From a virus: a stretch of 64,000 bases of DNA. The notes below the pieces were generated by a model. That model made no database searches and was not told the DNA's origin. It worked only from the letters and a program-made list of their open reading frames with translations. Every line of letters starts with the position of its first letter. Position 1 is the stretch's first letter. Position numbers and translations under genes: made by a program. Of the stretch, positions 30,540 through 39,166 are shown one piece after another. The stretch is taken from IMG/VR virus record IMGVR_UViG_3300046387_001332; one strand, written 5' to 3'.

Positions 30540-30881
30540 ATGAAGTCTGATAAATTAAAAACACAAATTCTTTCCATCTTTGAGGAAATAAAACAAGAAA
30601 CCCAATCTGAACTACAATTAGAAGGATTGTCCGCTGCGTATGCAAAACTTGCAAAATATTTAATGCAACAAGTAAAAGCAGGTAAGTTCCTAAGAAATTA
30701 TGATATTGATACAAATGCAGGAAGAATGGTGTTTCAGACGGGTAGTGGTAAAAAAATAGTATTCAATGATATGAAATTGGGTGTTACTGCTAATAAAACC
30801 TGGAAAGGAAAAAAAGATGCTGGATTCTTTGACTATAAAGATCACAAGGGAATTTTAAAATTTTCTCTTGCGGATATCTAA
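30540..30881 (+). CDS. Hypothetical protein
   Basis: Likely ATG at 30540, 6 nt after TATTTAT (30527-30533). Confidence 0.68.
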   Translation: MKSDKLKTQILSIFEEIKQETQSELQLEGLSAAYAKLAKYLMQQVKAGKFLRNYDIDTNAGRMVFQTGSGKKIVFNDMKLGVTANKTWKGKKDAGFFDYKDHKGILKFSLADI

Positions 30882-30960
30882 TAAAAAAAGTCAAAAAATT
30901 TAATTCTTGTATATGTATATATATCAGTTTATACTGATGTAATTAAATAAAGGTTATAAT

Positions 30961-31878
30961 ATGGAAGAAGACAACAAATCAATAGATATGCCCGATGAGG
31001 TCAAGCAGGCTCTCAAACGGGATGCAGATAAAAAGACTGCAACACAAACAACGCAAGAAACTGCTATACCTAGACAATCGGGTCCTGTGTTTACTCAGCA
31101 ATCTGACCAAGCACAAAAGTTTGAATACCCAAGTGAAGTAGTTGATTTACCAAGTCAAGGTCACTTCTATGATCCGACATCTCCACTTGCATCTGGTAAG
31201 ATAGACATCAAATACATGACTGCAAAAGAGGAAGATATTTTAACAAGTCAGAATTTGATTAAAAAGGGTGTAGTTTTGGATAAGTTGCTTGAAGCACTTA
31301 TCATAACACCTGGTGTTAAACTGGATGAAATCTTAGTCGGAGATAAAAATGCGATATTTGTGGCTTCACGGATTCTTGCTTATGGAAAAGATTATAAGAT
31401 TAAGTTTAAAGACCCATCAAATAACGAAGATGTTGAGGACACAATAGATTTATCACAAGTTGAACCAAAAGAATTTGACTTTGATAAATACGAAAGAGGT
31501 AGTAATTTATTTAGTTTTGAACTTCCGTTTAGCAAGAAGAATATCCATTGGAGTCTTCTCACTCATCAAGATGAGCAAAACATTGATGCAGAACTAAAAA
31601 GTCTTAAGAAATTTACCAAGAATAAAAATGAAACTGCCGAGGTCACTACTCGTTTAAAGTATGTCATAAAAGCAATTGATGGAGAAGAAGACAGAGCAAA
31701 AATTAAAAGTTTTGTTGATCGTCAACTCCTTGCACGTGATAGTTTGGCATTTCGTGAGCATATCAAGGAAAACACTCCGGACTTAGATATGACATTTAAT
31801 TTTGAATCTGAAGATACTGGATATACTGAAAGGATGACGATCCCACTTGGGGTCGACTTTTTTTACCCTTCCAACTGA
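30961..31878 (+). CDS. Baseplate hub/tail assembly chaperone (gp26-like)
   Basis: VDLPSQGHFY, YMTAKEEDIL, ASRILAYGKDY and IPLGVDFF; lies upstream of the tape measure. Confidence 0.78.
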   Translation: MEEDNKSIDMPDEVKQALKRDADKKTATQTTQETAIPRQSGPVFTQQSDQAQKFEYPSEVVDLPSQGHFYDPTSPLASGKIDIKYMTAKEEDILTSQNLIKKGVVLDKLLEALIITPGVKLDEILVGDKNAIFVASRILAYGKDYKIKFKDPSNNEDVEDTIDLSQVEPKEFDFDKYERGSNLFSFELPFSKKNIHWSLLTHQDEQNIDAELKSLKKFTKNKNETAEVTTRLKYVIKAIDGEEDRAKIKSFVDRQLLARDSLAFREHIKENTPDLDMTFNFESEDTGYTERMTIPLGVDFFYPSN

Positions 31879-32128
31879 TTACAAAATTCAACTACACGAA
31901 GAAATTTTTAACCTTGCATATTATAGTCAAGGTGGTTTTACCCAAGATATTGCGTACAACCTTCCTGTCTACTTGAGAAGATTCTACTTACGAAAACTTG
32001 TTGACGTTCGTAAGAAAGAAAACGAAGAAGCAGAAAAAGCACAGGCAAAGGCAAAATCTGGAGCAAAAACTCCATCAAGACCCACCGTTTCAAAACCAAG
32101 TATGCCAAGTAAAAGAACTTATAGATAG
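31859..32128 (+). CDS. gp51-like chaperone extension, probably made by a +1/-2 frameshift from the upstream ORF
   Basis: No ATG start or SD; frame reads FFTLPTDYKIQLHEEIF...YNLPVYLRRFY from a T7 run (31858-31864). Confidence 0.65.
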   Translation, partial: FFTLPTDYKIQLHEEIFNLAYYSQGGFTQDIAYNLPVYLRRFYLRKLVDVRKKENEEAEKAQAKAKSGAKTPSRPTVSKPSMPSKRTYR

Positions 32129-32152
32129 TCTTCCATAAACTAACTTAAATTA

Positions 32153-32190
32153 CAGAAGTCGTATATTTATCAATATATACGACTTTTTGT
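32153..32190 (+). terminator. Hairpin/terminator overlapping a TATTTAT motif
   Basis: AAGTCGTATAT...ATATACGACTT followed by a T tract; TATTTAT at 32164-32170. Confidence 0.55.
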
Positions 32191-32215
32191 ATTTATAACC
32201 TACATTTAAATTATT

Positions 32216-32518
32216 ATGAAAAAGAAACACCTGATAGAAGAGCAACAATTAAATGAATTTGTTGGAAAAATTGCAGCCGCAATGTTTACCAAGAAAGCAG
32301 AAAAAATTGTAAAAGCAACAAAAAACAATCCAAAAATTTATAATGCCTTATCACAATATAAAAAAGACCTTGAAGATTTCCGTGCGAGAATGAAAAAATT
32401 AGGAGTAAGTAGTTCAGAGGATTTGATAGCTGCCGTTAATAAAGATCCAAATATTCAAAATATAGAAGACCCAAGAGATGCACGAAAAAGAATAAGACGA
32501 GAACTTGGTCTTGACTAA
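32216..32518 (+). CDS. Hypothetical protein
   Basis: 100 aa with N-terminal LIEEQQLNE motif. Confidence 0.7.
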   Translation: MKKKHLIEEQQLNEFVGKIAAAMFTKKAEKIVKATKNNPKIYNALSQYKKDLEDFRARMKKLGVSSSEDLIAAVNKDPNIQNIEDPRDARKRIRRELGLD

Positions 32519-32535
32519 TTTAAAGTAATTAAGTT

Positions 32536-35500
32536 GTGGCAGATTTAGATGACATCAAGGATGATTTAAAGGATGTAGTAGATATATCCAAAATGATTTC
32601 TGGTGTCATGGCAGGTGACGTAGAAACTTCCTTGGGTGGAGTCGATGACAAAGTAAGAGAAATTCAAGGTGCGTTATCCGATGCCTACGAAACAGGTCAA
32701 ACATTTACTGTTGAAAATACTACATTTGATACAATGCAAAGAATGCTTGGGAATTCACAAACAATACTTGCGAATACAATTCCACTAGCAACTGAATTTA
32801 CAGAAAATCTAATGAATGCTTCTGATACAGCAGAAATGCTTACAAGTATTCAGGATGCAGGAAATCAGTTTCAACAACAAAAAGTTGATTTACAAAATGA
32901 ATTAACTACAAATACAGGACTTACGGCAAATAAAGTCGATGAAATACAAGCAAAACTTGCTCAATTTAGTGAAGTTGAAAAATTTCTTAAATCGTTAGAA
33001 TCATCGGTATCTGCGACAAGTAATTTAGATGATGCTATAAATGTTGCGTATGGTTCTATGATAGACTTTATAGATACTCAATCTACATCACTTGAAAAAG
33101 TAAATGCATTACACGAAGAATTGAGTCGCATAGAATCAGCTGTAAATGATATGAGTTCAAAAACAATTTCATTTAATCCAGTGGTAGATACAAGTTCATT
33201 GGCCAATGCTTCGGAAAAAATAAAAGAAATTGAGGGCAATGTGGCGGGTGGTAATATTATGGCAAACCTGGAAATAACAGGTGATAATGAAATTGCAAAA
33301 TTAAAAGGAGATTTAGCAGCCGCACAAAATGGAGCAACTGCACTTTCAGACGCCGCACAAGATTTTCGTAAAAGTTTAATAGGAGTATCAACAGAAAGTG
33401 AGGCACTTTCTAAAATTGAAGATGCTAGAAAAATTGCAAACCAAAGAATAAGTGAAATTACCGCTGCTATGCCAACACAAAAGGCCAATGTAGATACTGC
33501 AAGCAAAGCACTTGAAATTGAAAAAGCAAGACTTGATGCTTTACCCGCAGGAACATTAGCATACGAAACACAAAAAGCACGAATGGAAGAGGTGGAATCA
33601 ACCCACATCCGTGCAGTTAATGCGGTAAAATCCCAACAAGCAGAATTAGCAGAGGTTACACGTTTCGGAGAAGAGTATCTTAATCAACAATTCATGTCTT
33701 TGGCAAATGCAGATGATATTGCATCTGGTATTGAAGAAATAAAAGGAAATACATCTGATTTAATTTCTGAGACGAGTAATTATCAAAACGAACTACAACA
33801 ATCTCAAGATAAACTAGATCAATATGGAGAGCAATATCGTAAACTTGTTAAAGAACTAGGTCCTACATTTGATTCAGCTGCAAAAGGAATAGATTCCGCA
33901 AAAGAAAGCATATTAGGTATTGCTGGTAGTATTCCAATATTTGGTGGACTTATAGAAAACAATTTAAGAGGACCATTTGAAGCTGCATCTAAAGAAATAA
34001 CACTTGGATTGGGAGAAGGATTTAAGGCATTTACACAAGTTATAGCAGACAAAGGTACGGTGACAGATGCAATGACTGCCGGTTTTGGTCATATGGGTAA
34101 AGCAATCAAAGACGCAGGTGCGGCTTTGAAAGCTGCTTTCTCTGGTCCTGTGTTGTTAATTGGTAGTATATTGTTATTAATTGGAATGGCAGTAAAACGA
34201 TTCATGGATTTGGAAGCAAAATCTCTTGAATTTCGTCAAGAACTTGGATTGGCTGCATCGTCCACGAAAGATATAGAATCAGCAGCTGCTGATGTAAACC
34301 GAGAATTGGCAGGATTTGGTGTAACTCTTGATCACGCATACGAAGCTGCAAATGCGTTAACAAGTGAACTTGGTTCTACAATGCTTGTCACTCAAGAGCA
34401 AATAAAGATGGTTTCAATGATGAATGCTGGACTTGGAATATCTGCCGAAAGTGCAGTTGGAGTTTATGAGGTATTTAAAAATCTAAGTGGTGGTTCATCT
34501 GAGGTTGCAAAGAATTTAAGTTTAACAACTGTTGCATTAAGTACGGCTGCGGGAGTACCATTGGATCAGGTAATGGGTGACATTGCAAATGCTTCCGAGA
34601 CTGTATATTCTATGTCTCGTGGAACTGGTGTTGAAATGGCAGTTGCGGCCATCGAGGCACGTCGTTTGGGAACTAACATTGAAAGCATTTCAAGTGCAAT
34701 GGAACAACAACTTGATTTTGAAAGCAGTATTACCAACGAAATGAAAATGGCAAGTATGTTGGGTAGGCATATAAATATGAATGCTATGAGGGAAGCAGCT
34801 TTTGCAGGAGACCAAACAAGATATCTGGCAGAACAACAAAAAGTCATGGCAGATATTGGTGATCTGTCGGAGATGAATATGTATCAAAGAAAATCAATCG
34901 CAGCTGCTATGGGCATGGAAGTTGGTGAATTGATGAAAATGCAAACTCAAACCAAAGCATTGGCTGCATTAGAAAACGGAACTGCGGAACAAAGAAAAGC
35001 ACTTGCGGAATACCAAAAACAAAGAAATGCGGCCTTGGCAGGAGAAACAAAAAGTCTTGCAGAGCAAGGCATGGAAATTTTAAAACAACAACAAGCAGAA
35101 AATGTTCGTACAAGAATGGCAGCCGCATTCAATGAATTGGTAACAGAACTTGGAAGTGTATTGTTACCGGTGGTTGAATCTGCAATGAATATTCTCGTTC
35201 CAATTGTTTCTACATTGATTTCTGGATTCGCAAAATTATTGAAGGTAGTTGAATTTTTAATGCAACCATTTATTTTTATAGGGAATATTATAAGTGCAAT
35301 TACAGGTGACACAGAGGGACTGAAAAAACAATTTGATGGTGTAGGTGCTTCGTTATTCGCAATCGGTGGAATTATATTAGGAACACTTGCAATTTTTAAT
35401 CAAGGTTTGATCTCGGGTGTTCTTGGGAAGATACCTTTAATTGGAGGGGGTCTTAAAAAAGTTTTTGAAAGTTCAACTGGTTTTATGAAAAAACATTTAT

Positions 35501-38500
35501 TTGATCCTTTTAAAGATGGAATAAGTGGTATGTTCGGAGATGCGGAGGGTGCATCTGACGGATTTTTCGGTAAAATGAAAGACAAAGTAAAAGGTATGTT
35601 TGGTGGAGCAAAACCGGATGTACCAGGACCTTTAAAGAAAGATGGCACACCTGATATGCGTTTCAAAGCAAATAAAGAAGCATTGAAACCTGGAGTACCA
35701 GATATATCAGACGATGTTGTACCTGATGTTGATCCTAAAAAGGGTGATAAATTCAAGGACTTTATAGAAAAATTTAATCAAATAGATATGACACAAGTTA
35801 TTAAAGCAGCCGCAGCTTTAGTAATATTATCAGCCGCACTTTATGTAACCGCAAAGGCATTAAATGAATTTAATACGGTAGAGTGGAGTTCACTGGTAAA
35901 AGGAACTCTTGCATTGGGAATATTAATAGGTGGATTATATGCATTGTCACAAGTTTTGGATAAAGCAAAAAGTTCGTTAATTAAAGGAGCAGCTGCGTTG
36001 CTAATTATGGGTGCGGCCTTGATACCAGCTGCATATGCGTTTAATTTAATGGGGTCAATTGATTTTGTTTCTGTTTTACTAGCAGGTATTGCGATTGCTG
36101 GTTTTGCAGTAATGGCTGCGGTACTTGGTTATGTTGCACCTTATATAATAGCAGGTTCCGTTGCATTAGCAGTTTTAGGAGTGGCATTAATACCTGCGGC
36201 TATTGCATTTAATTTATTCGGTGCAGTTAATTGGGGAAGTGTGTTCCTTGGAATTCTTGCAATCGGTGTTTTAGCAGTTGCGGCTGCTTTCATGGGAAGT
36301 GTAGCACCTTTAATTATCGCAGGTGCTATTGCAATCGGTGCATTGGGTCTTTCATTAATTCCATTTGGGATTGCGGCCATACTTGCAGGTGCAGGAATGG
36401 CATTAATAGGATTTGGAATACAATTGATGGTTACGGGTCTTGATCAATTAACTATGGGTCATATATTAATGCTATATGGACTGGCAGGTGCTATATTAGC
36501 ATTTGCTTTATTGTCACCTGTTGTGTTAGTGGCAGGATTCAGTATGCTTGTATTCTCCGCAGCCTTGGCATTGGCAGGTGTCGGTGTTATGATTTTTGGA
36601 TTTGCATTAAGTTTAGTAAACGAAACATTAAAAGAATTACCAGCCGCTGCTGGAGGTTTATTTGTATTTGCGATGGCAATTGCAATGCTTGCACCACTTA
36701 CACCATTAATTTTATTAACTGCTGGTGCATTGTTATTTTTGGGAGTGGCAATGCTTCCACTTGCGGTGAGTATGGTAATTTTAGGAGCAGGTATTGCTTT
36801 ACTTGGACTTGGATTTCAGATGCTTAGAGACTCAAATGCAGCCGGAATGTTAATTGAGTTAGGATTTGCAATGTCATTTATTGCAATGATGGCACCGTTC
36901 ATTACAATAGGTGCAGCTGTACTGGCAGTCCTCACGGCTGTATTAATACCATTCAGTATTGCAGTTGCGGTTGCTGGAATTGGAATGATGTTATTTGGTA
37001 TTGGCTTGAATTTGACTGCAAGTGCTTTGGAAAAACTTGGAGCAAATTCAGTTTATTTAATTGGGTTTGCGATAGCAGTAAGCATGGTAGGTGCAATGCT
37101 TCCATTAATTATATTAGGTGCAATTGCTATGGTAATATTGGCAACTGCTTTAATACCACTTGGAGTGGCTGCCATGATTGCAGGTGTAGGTCTTATGGCA
37201 GTGGGTGTAGGTATGAATTTGATGGCATCGGCACTTGAAAAAATGGATGTAGGAAAATTACTAGGACTTGTGTTTACATTTGCAATTGTTGGTGCTATGA
37301 TTCCACTGATAATACTTGGTGCAATTGCAATGGGTATAATGGCATCTGCAATGATACCACTTGCAGTAGCTGCGGCGGTTGCCGGAGTCGGTTTATATAT
37401 GTTTGCATCGGCATTTGAAATACTTGCAAATTCACTAACTAAAATAACCGCAGAGTCTGTATTATCTTTACTAGGTATTGGGGTAGCAATGATGTTCTTG
37501 GGAGCAATGGCACCGTTTGCAATACTTGCTTCGTTGGCACTTGCGGTATTTGCAATAGGTTTGGGTGCGTTTGGAATTGCAGCCGCAATTGTTGCTCCAT
37601 CTATAGATATTTTAGCAAAGGGTATGGTTATTTTGGCATTATCACTTGAACATATAGCAAAAACTGCGATGCCTGCAATAGCAGGATTAACTTTACTTGG
37701 TTTGATAAGTCCATTATTATTCGTAGCCGCTGCGGGTATGGCTGCATTGGCAATTCCAACTTTATTATTTGGAATGGCAGCTGGCATAGCTGCCCCTGGA
37801 GTTGTAATGTTATCGGGAGCATTTAGTTTACTTGCAACTGCATTATCTTCTATGGGAGAAACTGCAATGGCAACTATAATAGCACTTGGCGTACTTGCCG
37901 TTTTTTCACCAATGTTGTTTGTTGCGGCTGCTGGTATATTAGCATTATCTGCATCAATGTTAGCATTGGGGATTGGAATGTTGTTTATAAGTGATAAATC
38001 AGCATCAATACTAATAGGAATTGCAGGTGCAATAGAAGCAATAGGAAAATCAACATCTAAAGTTGATTTAGTTGGATTTGTTGGTCAATTATTATTACTT
38101 GCGGCTTCTGCACCTTTACTTGTAGCTGCCGGAATCGGTTTATTAGCAATAACAGGACCTCTGGTTCTATTCGGAATGGCATCATTGGTAGCAAGTGTAG
38201 GTGTAGGTGCGTTGGCTGTGTCGTTTAATTTATTGTCTGTTGCAATTACCGCGATTGGTGAACAAGGAGCAGCCGTAATTGCTTCGTTAATGGGTCTTGC
38301 GTTAGTAGCACCATTATTATTAGGAGCGGCTGCTGGTATAATGGCAGTGGGTGCATCATTGGCTGCACTTGCAGTTGGGTTATTTTTCTTGGACGAGGAT
38401 GATGTTTCTATCCTGGCAACACTCGGAGAGGCAATGGCAAATATAGGTAAAGGTGCTAAGGATTTGGATATAGGAACATTTTCAGAAGCATTGACCTCTT

Positions 38501-39129
38501 TAGTTGATGATTCATTTTTATCAGGTATTTATTTACTCGGTGATGCAATAATATATTTAGCATCTGCGTTGGGTCAGTTACCGACTGCACCTATGCAATT
38601 ATTAGTAGATTTGAGTTCATCTGGTGGAATTGGTGGTGGGGCAGAATCCGGAGGGGGGTCAGTTGGTTCATCTGTAACACCTCCTGCAAGTGGACTTGGT
38701 GCTAATTCAGTTGGTACATCGGTTTCACCAACAACGGATGGTGCTGGTGGTGGAGGTGGGGGTTTTCTTGGAGGTCTATTTGATGGGATTTTTGGTGCAG
38801 AAGACAAAACCTCCGAGGCATCAACCGTAATTCAAACTCAGAAGGCAATAGTGATGTCAGAAGGTGGTGGGGGTGAATCTCCACAGGAACAACTTGATAT
38901 GCCAGGTGGAGTGGAAGGTGGGGGTGGTGATTCTGCACTAGCAGAGATTATTGCACAAATAGTAAATGCACCTACCCAAAACAATGCAGCTGGTGATAGT
39001 GGGGGTGGTGATAATTCAGGAGTCGAAGCAAAACTTGATGAACTCATTGGTCTAATGAAGTCAGGTAAAATCGGTGTATACATGGATGGAAGAAAAGTTG
39101 AACAACAACTTGCAAGAGTAGCACCATAA
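32536..39129 (+). CDS. Tape measure protein
   Basis: 2197 aa; coiled-coil N-half, long Ala/Gly/Leu-rich hydrophobic repeats, C-terminal VYMDGRKV; follows tube and chaperones. Confidence 0.9.
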   Translation: MADLDDIKDDLKDVVDISKMISGVMAGDVETSLGGVDDKVREIQGALSDAYETGQTFTVENTTFDTMQRMLGNSQTILANTIPLATEFTENLMNASDTAEMLTSIQDAGNQFQQQKVDLQNELTTNTGLTANKVDEIQAKLAQFSEVEKFLKSLESSVSATSNLDDAINVAYGSMIDFIDTQSTSLEKVNALHEELSRIESAVNDMSSKTISFNPVVDTSSLANASEKIKEIEGNVAGGNIMANLEITGDNEIAKLKGDLAAAQNGATALSDAAQDFRKSLIGVSTESEALSKIEDARKIANQRISEITAAMPTQKANVDTASKALEIEKARLDALPAGTLAYETQKARMEEVESTHIRAVNAVKSQQAELAEVTRFGEEYLNQQFMSLANADDIASGIEEIKGNTSDLISETSNYQNELQQSQDKLDQYGEQYRKLVKELGPTFDSAAKGIDSAKESILGIAGSIPIFGGLIENNLRGPFEAASKEITLGLGEGFKAFTQVIADKGTVTDAMTAGFGHMGKAIKDAGAALKAAFSGPVLLIGSILLLIGMAVKRFMDLEAKSLEFRQELGLAASSTKDIESAAADVNRELAGFGVTLDHAYEAANALTSELGSTMLVTQEQIKMVSMMNAGLGISAESAVGVYEVFKNLSGGSSEVAKNLSLTTVALSTAAGVPLDQVMGDIANASETVYSMSRGTGVEMAVAAIEARRLGTNIESISSAMEQQLDFESSITNEMKMASMLGRHINMNAMREAAFAGDQTRYLAEQQKVMADIGDLSEMNMYQRKSIAAAMGMEVGELMKMQTQTKALAALENGTAEQRKALAEYQKQRNAALAGETKSLAEQGMEILKQQQAENVRTRMAAAFNELVTELGSVLLPVVESAMNILVPIVSTLISGFAKLLKVVEFLMQPFIFIGNIISAITGDTEGLKKQFDGVGASLFAIGGIILGTLAIFNQGLISGVLGKIPLIGGGLKKVFESSTGFMKKHLFDPFKDGISGMFGDAEGASDGFFGKMKDKVKGMFGGAKPDVPGPLKKDGTPDMRFKANKEALKPGVPDISDDVVPDVDPKKGDKFKDFIEKFNQIDMTQVIKAAAALVILSAALYVTAKALNEFNTVEWSSLVKGTLALGILIGGLYALSQVLDKAKSSLIKGAAALLIMGAALIPAAYAFNLMGSIDFVSVLLAGIAIAGFAVMAAVLGYVAPYIIAGSVALAVLGVALIPAAIAFNLFGAVNWGSVFLGILAIGVLAVAAAFMGSVAPLIIAGAIAIGALGLSLIPFGIAAILAGAGMALIGFGIQLMVTGLDQLTMGHILMLYGLAGAILAFALLSPVVLVAGFSMLVFSAALALAGVGVMIFGFALSLVNETLKELPAAAGGLFVFAMAIAMLAPLTPLILLTAGALLFLGVAMLPLAVSMVILGAGIALLGLGFQMLRDSNAAGMLIELGFAMSFIAMMAPFITIGAAVLAVLTAVLIPFSIAVAVAGIGMMLFGIGLNLTASALEKLGANSVYLIGFAIAVSMVGAMLPLIILGAIAMVILATALIPLGVAAMIAGVGLMAVGVGMNLMASALEKMDVGKLLGLVFTFAIVGAMIPLIILGAIAMGIMASAMIPLAVAAAVAGVGLYMFASAFEILANSLTKITAESVLSLLGIGVAMMFLGAMAPFAILASLALAVFAIGLGAFGIAAAIVAPSIDILAKGMVILALSLEHIAKTAMPAIAGLTLLGLISPLLFVAAAGMAALAIPTLLFGMAAGIAAPGVVMLSGAFSLLATALSSMGETAMATIIALGVLAVFSPMLFVAAAGILALSASMLALGIGMLFISDKSASILIGIAGAIEAIGKSTSKVDLVGFVGQLLLLAASAPLLVAAGIGLLAITGPLVLFGMASLVASVGVGALAVSFNLLSVAITAIGEQGAAVIASLMGLALVAPLLLGAAAGIMAVGASLAALAVGLFFLDEDDVSILATLGEAMANIGKGAKDLDIGTFSEALTSLVDDSFLSGIYLLGDAIIYLASALGQLPTAPMQLLVDLSSSGGIGGGAESGGGSVGSSVTPPASGLGANSVGTSVSPTTDGAGGGGGGFLGGLFDGIFGAEDKTSEASTVIQTQKAIVMSEGGGGESPQEQLDMPGGVEGGGGDSALAEIIAQIVNAPTQNNAAGDSGGGDNSGVEAKLDELIGLMKSGKIGVYMDGRKVEQQLARVAP

Positions 39130-39166
39130 TCTTCAAAAAAAATATATTTGTATATTTATATTTTGC

